A DNA stretch of 64,000 nucleotides from Parcubacteria group bacterium LiPW_15 (GCA_007375645.1 VMER01000003.1:10008-74007), one strand, 5' to 3'. Shown: positions 50,898-59,834, counted from the first letter of the stretch. Notes: generated by a model not told the origin, from the sequence alone. Translations and numbers: made by a program.

Positions 50898-51743
50898 TCA
50901 AACTTCTATCTTAAATATCCGTCGGACGTTGCCGTCTATCGCCGAAGCCATCTCCTCCAAGGAAACTCCCTTCAGTTCGGCAAGCTTTTTCACAACTTCG
51001 ACTACAAAGCTCGGTTCGTTACGCTTACCCCGATATGGCACGGGAGCAACATATGGCGCATCGGTTTCGGAGAGAATATTCTCGAGCGGAAGGAATTTTA
51101 TCGCCTCGTCGTAATCGCGCGCGAAGGTTATAACTCCGCCAAAGGTAAAAGAAAAACCCAGGCTTAAAAGAGCTTCTGCTTCTTCCGCTGTGCCGCTAAA
51201 AAAATGAATAACGCCGGGGTATTCCAAAAGATAATCCCGATGCGCTTCAAGAATTTCGATGAGATCCCCGAAGGCTTCCCGGCAATGGATCATTAAGGGC
51301 TTTCCGATTTCGTGAGAGACATATACCTGCTCGATAAATCCCGCTCTTTGTTTTTCCTTGGTTTCGTCATCCGAAACCCGAAAATAGTCCAGTCCGCACT
51401 CGCCTATCGCCACCGCTTCCGGGGCAAGAGCTAGCTCTTTTATTTTGTCTTTATCAAAAATTTCAGGCACGGGGTCTTCTTGTTCGTTTTCGTCATGATG
51501 CCACTCGCTCGCAAAATGCGCGGGGTGAAATCCGACCGCCGCAAAAACCTGTCCGGGGTATTTCTTGGCAAGCTCTATTGCTCCCTCCGAAGTGGACGCT
51601 TGCGTCCCCACGGTTATCATTTTAACTCCGGCCGAAAAAGCTCTGCCCAAGGCCTCGTCCCTATCTTCGTCATAATTTCTAAAATGGATATGCGTATGCG
51701 CGTCCCAAAAATTTATATTTTGCATAATGTTTATTTCTATCAT
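50898..51743 (-). CDS. tatD: TatD-family DNase
   Basis: DAHTH, GECGLDY, HCR, ETDAPY; start 51743 or 51725. Confidence 0.92.
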   Translation of the reverse strand: MIEINIMQNINFWDAHTHIHFRNYDEDRDEALGRAFSAGVKMITVGTQASTSEGAIELAKKYPGQVFAAVGFHPAHFASEWHHDENEQEDPVPEIFDKDKIKELALAPEAVAIGECGLDYFRVSDDETKEKQRAGFIEQVYVSHEIGKPLMIHCREAFGDLIEILEAHRDYLLEYPGVIHFFSGTAEEAEALLSLGFSFTFGGVITFARDYDEAIKFLPLENILSETDAPYVAPVPYRGKRNEPSFVVEVVKKLAELKGVSLEEMASAIDGNVRRIFKIEV

Positions 51744-51794
51744 ATTATGGGGCCAGCTACACGAAAGCGCAAAGAAAAGAAGAAAGGAGCTGTC

Positions 51795-52358
51795 GTGAAA
51801 AAACTGGTTCTGGGCATAGTCGGAGAAAAGCGGGCGGGTAAGGACACCTTCGTCCGTATTTTCGCCCGACTGCTGAAGAAAAAGGGCGTAACCGTCTCTA
51901 CGCACCACTTCTCCGATACCATTGCCGCGTGTCTAACCGAACTCGGCCTCGAGTTAAGCCGGGAAAACATGCAAAGCTTCCCGGTGCTCATCGAGGCCAA
52001 GTACGGCAAGGGAGTTTTCAGCCGGGCAATGGCGAGAAAGGTAAAGAAGGACGCGGCGCGCATCGTGGTCATCCAAGGCATCCGCTGGTGGACCGATGTC
52101 GCGGCGCTCAAGGCTCTGCATGGGACCCTGATCTACGTGACCGCCGACAAGGATGTCCGCTTTCGGCGGTCCGTCGCCGATTCCGAAAAAAAGGATGAGG
52201 CGGGAATGACGCGCAGGAAATTCGAGAAACAGGAACGCGCGAAGACGGAGATCTACATCCCGCAGATCGCCGCCCGAGCGAATTTCCGTTTCGAAAACAA
52301 CGGGGCTGAAAGAGAGCTCACCCGCGCGATCCGTAAGTTCGTGAAGGAACGTTTCTAG
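51795..52358 (+). CDS. P-loop nucleotide kinase (dephospho-CoA/NMP kinase-like)
   Basis: AAGGAG SD + GTG; GIVGEKRAGKDT, IQGIR, FENNG. Confidence 0.75.
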   Translation: MKKLVLGIVGEKRAGKDTFVRIFARLLKKKGVTVSTHHFSDTIAACLTELGLELSRENMQSFPVLIEAKYGKGVFSRAMARKVKKDAARIVVIQGIRWWTDVAALKALHGTLIYVTADKDVRFRRSVADSEKKDEAGMTRRKFEKQERAKTEIYIPQIAARANFRFENNGAERELTRAIRKFVKERF

Positions 52359-52407
52359 GGACTCAAGCCTGTCTCGACGCAAAGTCGGGATGGGCTTTTT
52401 CAAATAT

Positions 52408-52442
52408 AAAAAGAGCCCCCGAGTGCCGAAGCACCGGGGGCC
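52408..52442 (-). terminator. Intrinsic terminator
   Basis: GCCCCCGGTGC-TTCG-GCACTCGGGGGC-TCTTTTT on the minus strand. Confidence 0.85.
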
Positions 52443-52686
52443 AAAGAACACAGGACCGTTCGCGCAAGCTTTGTGCGGGGAAGGGCGTCGTTTATGCTCT
52501 TGCTGGAAAGAGCCGTCGATCGCCGCTTCGCTTTTAGTGCGCTCGGTCGCCCCTTGAGGGGCACGGGCATCGCCGTTCGTTCTATCTCACGACAGTACGA
52601 ACGTGGCCTTGTTGGTCGAGCCGTCGCAGGCTCGCGCAGACGGAGGGAGTGCCCTCCGACAATCTCGCGTTCGAACGGGGAGTCCG

Positions 52687-52704
52687 CTAATTGAAACCAC
52701 TCAC
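52687..52704 (-). CDS. Minigene 3: MSGFN
   Basis: GGAGG-AAAAAACC-GTG AGT GGT TTC AAT TAG. Confidence 0.5.
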   Translation of the reverse strand: MSGFN

Positions 52705-52754
52705 GGTTTTTTCCTCCGGCTCGATGTTTTGCGATTGGCGCGAAGTGGGGGGTG

Positions 52755-52772
52755 CTAGACGAAACCGCTCAC
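52755..52772 (-). CDS. Minigene 2: MSGFV
   Basis: AAGGAGG-AATC-GTG AGC GGT TTC GTC TAG. Confidence 0.5.
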   Translation of the reverse strand: MSGFV

Positions 52773-52851
52773 GATTCCTCCTTCGTGTGCCGCAGACGCG
52801 GAGAGGCATCGCACGCCCCTCCGCCGAATGAGAGTAGGAGGTTGGTGGCCG

Positions 52852-52869
52852 CTACGTGAAACCGGACAT
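52852..52869 (-). CDS. Minigene 1: MSGFT
   Basis: GGAGG-AACC-ATG TCC GGT TTC ACG TAG. Confidence 0.5.
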   Translation of the reverse strand: MSGFT

Positions 52870-53103
52870 GGTTCCTCCATGTGGCTCTCTACCGTCCGCG
52901 CCCGCCAGTCGTCGGGGGCGCGAATTACTCATTCTCCCTCGCAGAACCCCGAAGACCACGATGGTCCCCGAGAGTCGGCTCTTTTTATCGCCTGCGGACT
53001 TTTGCCGCGCGCGACATGAGCTCGCGAGGGGGCTGAACCTGTTTCCCGTCGAAGCCACTGGGGCATCCGACGGGCTATTCAATTGGGAATGTTCAAGGCT
53101 TGT

Positions 53104-53131
53104 ATTATAGCACCCCCGTTATATTTGTCAA
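53104..53131 (-). promoter_or_regulatory. Consensus sigma70 promoter
   Basis: TTGACA-16-TATAAT with TGn extension. Confidence 0.85.
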
Positions 53132-53140
53132 CCCCGTGTT

Positions 53141-53611
53141 CTAAAACTGGTCTGGACCCATATTCTCCCTTTCAATTTCTAAAACTTTTTCGAGTCTCCG
53201 CCTAAAACGCTCTTCTTTTTCGTCAAACTTCGTTTCTAAAAATATTTTAACCATATTCCTCGCCAGCCCGGGATCGGTAAAATCTGCGGCAAGGCTTAAG
53301 ACATTTACGTTGTCGTCATGTCGCGCATCAAAAACTTGATCCGGAGAAATTCCCAAGACAGAACGAATGCGTTTGAATTTATTTGCCACGATGTCCGCTC
53401 CGGAACCCGAAGCACAGATAATAATACCCGTGCTTTGTTCCAGGTTTCTTGAAACCTTGACCGCTACAGCTTTGGCGATATCCGGATAATCATCGCCATC
53501 GGAAAAATTGGGAGCGACATCCTCCACCTCATATGCTCCTTCAACTAAATATTTTTTTAAAGATTCTTTAAGTTCGAATCCCCTGTGGTCGGCTCCAATA
53601 TAGATAACCAT
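53141..53611 (-). CDS. rpiB: Ribose-5-phosphate isomerase B
   Basis: IGADHRGFELK, DDYPD, ICASGSG...ANK, HDDNVNVLSL. Confidence 0.93.
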   Translation of the reverse strand: MVIYIGADHRGFELKESLKKYLVEGAYEVEDVAPNFSDGDDYPDIAKAVAVKVSRNLEQSTGIIICASGSGADIVANKFKRIRSVLGISPDQVFDARHDDNVNVLSLAADFTDPGLARNMVKIFLETKFDEKEERFRRRLEKVLEIERENMGPDQF

Positions 53612-53767
53612 ATAGATAATTATACTCGGCAGCGAGGATGCAGGGAAATGCTTGTATTTCCGTGTCAGCCGAGAGAACCGAGCATATAAATACGAAGTAT
53701 TTATATAGACTTTGGCGCCTTAAAATGGAAAACCCCGCCGGGGCGTACCCGGCGGGGAAAAGCGAAG

Positions 53768-54931
53768 TTACTGTTGCATCGGGGGGAATCTGTGGCTCGG
53801 ACCCGGCCACACTTTGAGACGGTTTGTCCGGTCGGGCGCGGAACGCGATGGAGTCGGGTTGAGGATGGAGCCGCTTGAGGGAAGCTTCGCGCAAACATCC
53901 CACGCCAGAAGCGGATTTTTGGGATCCTCCCAAACAACCCTGTGCATCACTCCGCCCTTCATGGTCCCGAACGGAGCGCGTTGGTCACCGTACAGATGAT
54001 TCTGCCACCACCAGCCGACCCAACCTGGGCCTTTGAGATACGAGTATATCTCGCGCTGATACCAGAGAGACGGATCAGCGGCCCTGATACCGAACACGAC
54101 CGGAGACCAGTAGCCGGAAACAACCAGAAGCCGCGGCTCGGTAACGCCAAGCTCGGTGGCGAGAGCGATCCACGTCCGAAGCACTCCGACCATGTCGTTG
54201 TCAAAGACCCGGTCCCCAAGTTGCCGTACGACCTCCGCGAGGTCTCCGGTCAGATCGAACTCCTGGACGGTATAAATCGAATACCCGCCCAAAAGTTCTC
54301 GTCGATCCGGCTTGGCCCCGCAGTACAACCAGTCGCACCACGGCATTGCTTGAACATATGCCCGGCCGGGGATTGCGCTGCTCCTGCCCCACTCGAATGT
54401 GGGGAAGCCGATCTCATCGTGATAATCGCGCAACTCCCAACCGTCAGGACCCCAGAACATGTCCTCGGCTTCGAGGAACGACTTGGCGATCCACTCCTCG
54501 TTTTCGAAAACTTCTCGAACCACCGAGTACTCGGCGGGCTTTACCGGCGCCTTCATGGCAACATAGCGGAGATTGCCGCTTCCGTCATTCGGCACGCGAT
54601 AGACCTTGAAGAATCCGCCCTCAGCATAGGGCAGGTCGCCACGGTCCACGCACTCGCCCCAAAGGCACTTGAAATATCCGGTCAGATGGAAAGGCTTTTG
54701 GTCGTTCCAGGTCTGTGCCGGAACGAGGTACTCCAGCATGTTGATGGTTTTGCCGGATGCCTCGCTTGGCCACGCCCTGGGGAATTTCGGATCATCATCC
54801 GAATACTGCCGCAAAGACTCCTGGGTGTCGGGGAACTCCAAGCTGACGACCTGAGCCACGGCCGAAGCGCCGACCATGAAACAGCCGATCAGACCAACGG
54901 TAGAAAGCGCAGCGCCTAGTCTTTTGAACAT
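53768..54931 (-). CDS. Exported Trp-rich orphan protein
   Basis: GGAGGAGAGGG SD before ATG 54931; signal peptide ending AVA; GC-rich codon style. Confidence 0.75.
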   Translation of the reverse strand: MFKRLGAALSTVGLIGCFMVGASAVAQVVSLEFPDTQESLRQYSDDDPKFPRAWPSEASGKTINMLEYLVPAQTWNDQKPFHLTGYFKCLWGECVDRGDLPYAEGGFFKVYRVPNDGSGNLRYVAMKAPVKPAEYSVVREVFENEEWIAKSFLEAEDMFWGPDGWELRDYHDEIGFPTFEWGRSSAIPGRAYVQAMPWCDWLYCGAKPDRRELLGGYSIYTVQEFDLTGDLAEVVRQLGDRVFDNDMVGVLRTWIALATELGVTEPRLLVVSGYWSPVVFGIRAADPSLWYQREIYSYLKGPGWVGWWWQNHLYGDQRAPFGTMKGGVMHRVVWEDPKNPLLAWDVCAKLPSSGSILNPTPSRSAPDRTNRLKVWPGPSHRFPPMQQ

Positions 54932-55046
54932 TTCCCTCTCCTCCGATTCTCCGTTTTCAAACGCCCTCCCGGGCGCGATTGGACTACCGCGATTATAAAT
55001 AACGCATACCAAAAGTCAAAGAGGTTCGCCTCTTTTATATTTTAAA

Positions 55047-56066
55047 TTAGAGAGCCGAGGCCGCGGAGAGAATGTGCTTGACCAAAGTCGCAACGTAGCC
55101 GGCCTCGTTGTCGTACCAAGAAAGCACCTTAACCAAATTCCCGTCTATTACTTTCGTGAAGGTCAGATCCACTATCGCGCCGTAGGGTTCGCCGATGATA
55201 TCGGAGGAAACCAATTGATCCTCGGTTACTTTTAATATTCCCTGCCAGCGCGGATCTTTTGCCGCCCGTTTAAAAATATCGTTTATCTCCGGCGCGGTGA
55301 CATTGCGTTTGGCGACAAAGGTTATATCTGCCAGAGATCCGGTGATATTCGGAGTGCGGAAAGAAATGCCGTCAAACTTTCCCTCAAGTTCGGGAATGGC
55401 CCTGGTCACGGAAATAGCCGCACCGGTCGTCGAAGGCACGGTGTTCTGCGCCGCCGCTCGGCCGCGCCGAAAATCTTTCCCGCCCCTAACCGGACCGTCC
55501 ACCAGATTCTGAGTCGCGGTATAGCCGTGGACGGTCGAGAGAAATGCTTTTTGAATTCCGGGTTCTTCGGACATTATCTGGATAACGGGAGAAGCGGCAT
55601 TCGTGGTACAACTGCCGTTCGAAGTTATCTTGCAGGTTTTCATATCTTTTTCGTTCACGCCCATGAGCACGGTTCGAGCCTCGGCCGATTCCGCGTCCTT
55701 AGCCGGAGCGGTTATGACCACTCTCTTTGCGCCGGCATCCAAGTGCGCCTTGGCACTAGTGAAGGATTCAAAAAATCCCGTGGCCTCAACCGCGATATCC
55801 ACGCCCATAGTCCCCCAAGGAAGATTGGCGGGGTCTTTCATTTGTAGAACTTTCACCTTTTTCCCGCCCACGACCAAAGAATCACCCTCGACATGCACCT
55901 CCTTATCGAAACGCCCGTAGACCGTATCGTACTTCAAAAGATAGGCGAGGTTTTGAATGTCACCCAAGTCATTGATGGCAACTATTTCCAAGCCTGGATA
56001 TTCAAACGCCTGTCGGAACAAAAGCCGACCAATACGCCCGAATCCGTTTATCGCTATTTTTGCCAT
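55047..56066 (-). CDS. gap: Glyceraldehyde-3-phosphate dehydrogenase, type I
   Basis: INGFGRIGR, SNGSCTTN, WYDNE. Confidence 0.97.
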   Translation of the reverse strand: MAKIAINGFGRIGRLLFRQAFEYPGLEIVAINDLGDIQNLAYLLKYDTVYGRFDKEVHVEGDSLVVGGKKVKVLQMKDPANLPWGTMGVDIAVEATGFFESFTSAKAHLDAGAKRVVITAPAKDAESAEARTVLMGVNEKDMKTCKITSNGSCTTNAASPVIQIMSEEPGIQKAFLSTVHGYTATQNLVDGPVRGGKDFRRGRAAAQNTVPSTTGAAISVTRAIPELEGKFDGISFRTPNITGSLADITFVAKRNVTAPEINDIFKRAAKDPRWQGILKVTEDQLVSSDIIGEPYGAIVDLTFTKVIDGNLVKVLSWYDNEAGYVATLVKHILSAASAL

Positions 56067-56152
56067 TGTTATTTATGGATTGTATCTACAGTAATTATAC
56101 ACCAGACCGTTCCGGATCTGGTGTTTTTATACTATATTCTATATTCTAGATT

Positions 56153-56746
56153 CTATTTTCTTTTCCTGAGTGCTCCGGCAACCTTGCCGGAAATCTTTAT
56201 GGACGGAGTGAGCGTTGCCGAACCTTCGTCCCAACTCGCCGGACAGGCCATGCCCTTGTGCATATTCACAAAGTTAAGAGCTTTAACTTTTCGAAGTATC
56301 TCTCCTGCGCTTCGGCCGATATTGTCTGCGGTAATATCCGCGGCTCGCAAAATGCCGTCCGGTGCGATGATGAACGCGGCTCTCTGCGCCAATCCGCTTT
56401 CTTCGTCATAGATGCCTAAGTCTTTCGAAAGTTTGCCGTTGTGGTCCGCGGCCATCAAGAAATCCAAACCTTTCAGAAGCTCCTCGGTTTCTATCCAGGC
56501 CTTGTGGGTAAAAACGGTGTCGGTTGAAACAACCACGACTTCCCCATTATGTTTTTTTATTTCCTCGTGCCGCTTTTTCAAATCGGCAAGTTCGGTCGGA
56601 CAAACAAAGGTAAAATCTGCCGGGTAGAAAAACAAAACCAAGAATTTGGTTCTGAAGTTCGCGAGGCTTATTTTCTTAACTCCATCGGTCTTCGGATCGT
56701 AGGTCTCAAGCGAGAACTCCGGGAATTTTTGGTCTACTTTAAACAT
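56153..56746 (-). CDS. ahpC: 2-Cys peroxiredoxin
   Basis: FYPADFTFVCPTE and ACPASW. Confidence 0.93.
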   Translation of the reverse strand: MFKVDQKFPEFSLETYDPKTDGVKKISLANFRTKFLVLFFYPADFTFVCPTELADLKKRHEEIKKHNGEVVVVSTDTVFTHKAWIETEELLKGLDFLMAADHNGKLSKDLGIYDEESGLAQRAAFIIAPDGILRAADITADNIGRSAGEILRKVKALNFVNMHKGMACPASWDEGSATLTPSIKISGKVAGALRKRK

Positions 56747-56873
56747 TTTATTTTATGATAAGTTGGTTGATTTTGTCAGTTAATTGTAGCATTTCACAGG
56801 ATTTTGAAAAATTGACGCGTACCCCCAAAAAACGTATGTTATTGAAAGCTCAACACAACTAATGGAGGTCAAC

Positions 56874-57296
56874 ATGACCGATGCAGAAGTTCCTGTCGGT
56901 TGGTCAGATGATGGTTACCGCAAGTTGCTTGCCGCCACCACGGTAGAGGAGCTGGCGGAGTCCTTGGTCTCGGAGATGAAAAGGCACGGAACCGGAGTTA
57001 CTCTGGTTTGCGGCGAAGGCCGGGACACGCAATTCATCGTGGATGCCTCGGCAACGACCGACGGACCTATTTTCAACGGAACGATGATCGAGAAGCAGAT
57101 CGAGAGACTTTCCGAAAAGTCCGAGGCGGCAATTCACCTGGCATACGAGCTGCTCGATTCCGGATTGATAGCGCGGATCAGAATGAATGAGTCCGGACCA
57201 AAGACATCTCTCGAAACCTGGCTCAGCATGCTAGGTTCGAACCGTGAAATCGAAGTCTACCCCCCGGAATACGAAGACTCCGGCTGCTATAGCTGA
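56874..57296 (+). CDS. Hypothetical protein, divergent paralogue-like of the next gene
   Basis: GGAGG SD; W...D...A.T.E.LA and DSGLI motifs shared with 57350-57835. Confidence 0.7.
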   Translation: MTDAEVPVGWSDDGYRKLLAATTVEELAESLVSEMKRHGTGVTLVCGEGRDTQFIVDASATTDGPIFNGTMIEKQIERLSEKSEAAIHLAYELLDSGLIARIRMNESGPKTSLETWLSMLGSNREIEVYPPEYEDSGCYS

Positions 57297-57349
57297 CCTC
57301 TGCGCGCCTCGCGCGCAATTTCCCTAAAGGAAGGGAAAAGGAAGGGAAG

Positions 57350-57835
57350 ATGAGTAAGAAACAACTTCCGAAGTTCTGGACCGAGCGCGACGCACGCCAG
57401 GCAGACAAGGCAACCACCTACGAAGGCCTCGCGAAGATTGCTTGCCGGATCCTCCGAAGGCAATGGAAAAACCTCCCTGCCGGAAACGACCACATCGCGA
57501 TCGTCTCCGGCACCCTCACGAACGGCGGAAGGCTTCCGCTTCGGGATATCCGGGCGAACATCCGCCTTTTCGGCAAGAAGATCGCGAAGCTCGAACGTCT
57601 GGGACTCCCCGTCTGGGACCAAAGGCCCTTCGAGGAGCACATCTTCCGCATCAAGAACCTCCCGGAGAACCGGAACAGGCCCATGAAGCTCCTGGACGGC
57701 TTCTACAAGCCAGTCTTTGACTCAGGGTTAATCACTCTCGCTTTCATGCTCCCGAACTGGAAACAGTCCCACGGAGCGAGATGGGAGAAGAGACTGTTCC
57801 GAAAACTCGGCGTTTCCACCTTTTTCACCAAGTAA
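57350..57835 (+). CDS. DUF4406 / nucleoside deoxyribosyltransferase-like protein
   Basis: SGTLTNGG, WDQRPFE, MLPNWKQSHGARWE. Confidence 0.7.
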   Translation: MSKKQLPKFWTERDARQADKATTYEGLAKIACRILRRQWKNLPAGNDHIAIVSGTLTNGGRLPLRDIRANIRLFGKKIAKLERLGLPVWDQRPFEEHIFRIKNLPENRNRPMKLLDGFYKPVFDSGLITLAFMLPNWKQSHGARWEKRLFRKLGVSTFFTK

Positions 57836-57865
57836 TTCAGTTTTTGCAAACAAGAGGAGAAAGAG

Positions 57866-58120
57866 ATGGAAAAGGTTGCAATCGTGACTACTGTCACGGG
57901 TATGACCTTGGAAATAGCGCTTGAAAAGGCGCGAGAAAAAACGACCGAGGAGTATCCGCAGAAAGTCCTGGAAGAACGCGGGAAGAGAGATAAAGACCTG
58001 GTCTGCCACGATGAAACGTATGATTGTGGCGTCACAGTCACAGTCACCCGCCATATCTCTTTCCTCACGGCAGAAGAAGCGTGTCGCGGGCCGGTACCGG
58101 CCGAGTTCGGACCAGACTGA
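57866..58120 (+). CDS. Small hypothetical protein
   Basis: GAGGAG SD; followed by a terminator at 58125-58152. Confidence 0.6.
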   Translation: MEKVAIVTTVTGMTLEIALEKAREKTTEEYPQKVLEERGKRDKDLVCHDETYDCGVTVTVTRHISFLTAEEACRGPVPAEFGPD

Positions 58121-58172
58121 GACCAAAAAACCCGCACGAAAGTGCGGGTTTCCTATATCCAACCGGCCGATC

Positions 58173-59459
58173 TTATCCCACCTCTTCCTTTCCTAAATAT
58201 TTTTGTAAAATTTTCGGAATTTTTATTTTGCCCTCCGCAGTCTGGAAGTTTTCAATGATGGCGATAAGCGGCCGTTCCGAAAACGCGGTGCCGTTCAACA
58301 TGTGGATAAACTTGGCGCCATCCGCGGACTTATATTTTATATTCAGCCTTCTCGCCTGAAAATCCGTAGTGTTGGAAGTAGAGTGCGTCTCCCGATACTC
58401 GCCCTCTCCGCCTTTCTGACCGGGAAGCCAGGCCTCTATGTCCCACTTGGCGGCAGCCGGGTCACCCAAATCCGCTCCGCAAATATCCAAAACGTGATAT
58501 GGAATGCCGAGCTCTTTCATAAGATATTCTTCTATCGCCAAAAGGAATTTGTGTTCGGCTTCGGATTTCTCCGGCTCAATAAAACTGAACATCTCAAACT
58601 TGTTGAACTGATGAACGCGTAAGATTCCCTTCGTATCTTTCCCGTAGCTTCCGGCTTCGCGCCTAAAGCAGGTTGAAAATCCCACATACCTAAGCGGAAG
58701 TTCTTTGGCGTCCAAAATTTCACCGGAATGCATCGGTCCGATGGATTGCTCCGAAGTTCCCACAAGATACATGTCGTCTTTTTCCAGGCGATATATTTCG
58801 TCCCCACCGCGTTCCATATAACCCATGCCGGCCATAGCTTCCTTTTTGATAAGCACCGGAGGCAAAACAGGAATAAATGTTTTATCGCTCACCTCAAGTC
58901 CGGCGTCCTTCGCAATCTTCGCGAGCGTTTCGGAACTGGAGACCGTCTCGAAAAGAAACTGGCCCAAAGCAAACTCCAAGCGCACCAAATCGCCTTTCAA
59001 ATATGCAAATCTGCTTCCGGAAACCTTGGCGGCGCGTTCGGTATCGATAAGGCCAAGGCTTTCGGCAATTTCCACATAATCTTTCGGTTTAAAATCAAAT
59101 TTGGGTTTTTCGCCCACCTCCCGCAGAACTTTATTGTCCGCGTCGCTGTCTCCTTTTATTACCCAATCGAACGGCGGGTTCGGTATTTTTATCCAAGAGG
59201 AATTTCTGGCAACTTCGGCTACGCCAACTTTTTCCTCCAAGATCTTTTCTTCGCCCTTCAAGCGCTTTCCTTCCTCTATATTTCTCTCTGCGCTGGCCTT
59301 CTTTTGGGCAACCCGGATCGCTTCAAGTTCCGCGGTGGCCTTCCGCCATTCTTCGTCCGCGCGCAAAAAATCATCCACTAGCGCCGGATCGGCTTTCTTT
59401 TTGGCTATTCCCTCCTTTATTTTCTCGGGGTTTTCCCTCAAAAGTTTAGCGTCTACCAT
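58173..59459 (-). CDS. serS: Seryl-tRNA synthetase
   Basis: AAKVSGSRF, GTSEQ, FRREAG...GILRVHQF, HMLNGTA. Confidence 0.97.
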   Translation of the reverse strand: MVDAKLLRENPEKIKEGIAKKKADPALVDDFLRADEEWRKATAELEAIRVAQKKASAERNIEEGKRLKGEEKILEEKVGVAEVARNSSWIKIPNPPFDWVIKGDSDADNKVLREVGEKPKFDFKPKDYVEIAESLGLIDTERAAKVSGSRFAYLKGDLVRLEFALGQFLFETVSSSETLAKIAKDAGLEVSDKTFIPVLPPVLIKKEAMAGMGYMERGGDEIYRLEKDDMYLVGTSEQSIGPMHSGEILDAKELPLRYVGFSTCFRREAGSYGKDTKGILRVHQFNKFEMFSFIEPEKSEAEHKFLLAIEEYLMKELGIPYHVLDICGADLGDPAAAKWDIEAWLPGQKGGEGEYRETHSTSNTTDFQARRLNIKYKSADGAKFIHMLNGTAFSERPLIAIIENFQTAEGKIKIPKILQKYLGKEEVG

Positions 59460-59653
59460 GTGTTCCATAATACTAGCTTCTCCGGAAAAATAAACCCCGT
59501 ACTGGGCAGGCCTAGGCTATCAGGCGGCACTTTTCTTTTCAATTTAAAAAGACCCGCATATAACGGGTTCTTTGCTTGCCCGGCTAGCTTTTGCGAAAAA
59601 ATCCGGTAATTTATAGACTATTTGCGTTTTTTAAATCCGGCGGTATACTACAA

Positions 59654-59815
59654 GCAACGGAAATTGTTGCGGGCTACCGACCGCAATCCGCCGAATAAGC
59701 GGACCACAAAAACGGCTAATCCGCGCTTAGATGAGAACCAAGTTGGGTGGAACCGCGACCAAGACTCGCCCCGACAGAAAGTGATTTATCATTTTTTGTC
59801 GGGGCGATTTTTATT
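59654..59815 (+). promoter_or_regulatory. T-box riboswitch (transcriptional) upstream of thrS
   Basis: AAGTTGGGTGGAACCGCG T-box (59740-59757), antiterminator partner CGCCCC, terminator TCGCCCCGACA...TGTCGGGGCGA-TTTTT. Confidence 0.85.
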
Positions 59816-59834
59816 AACAAACCAAAAAAATAAT

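Larger units (their letters stand above)
52408..53097 (-). ncRNA. ~690-nt structured transcript without long ORF, carrying three SD-led pentapeptide minigenes
   Basis: Bounded by a consensus promoter (53104-53131) and terminator (52408-52442); dense hairpins; three GGAGGAA...(A/G)TG-Ser-Gly-Phe-X-TAG modules. Confidence 0.7.

Noticed and set aside
52680-52880. CRISPR or CRISPR-like array
   Set aside because: Only three degenerate units with irregular spacing (68 and 97 nt) and no cas genes in the window.
52852-53082. 76-aa ORF, and a 40-aa ORF ending VSGFN, as the real products
   Set aside because: Weak or no SD, low-complexity Arg/Pro/Ser composition, and they do not explain the middle module. 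They cannot be fully excluded.
52408-53097. tmRNA, RNase P RNA or SRP RNA as the identity of the long transcript
   Set aside because: TGGCTTCGACGGG resembles a tmRNA 5' part, but it pairs locally and there is no T-arm/CCA 3' end or tag ORF. RNase P (GAGGAAAGTCC, CGGCTTA) and SRP (CAGG-CCGGAAGG-AGCAG) signatures were not found.
59470-59600. T-box upstream of serS
   Set aside because: No GGTGG-ACC motif or terminator/antiterminator pair on the minus strand.
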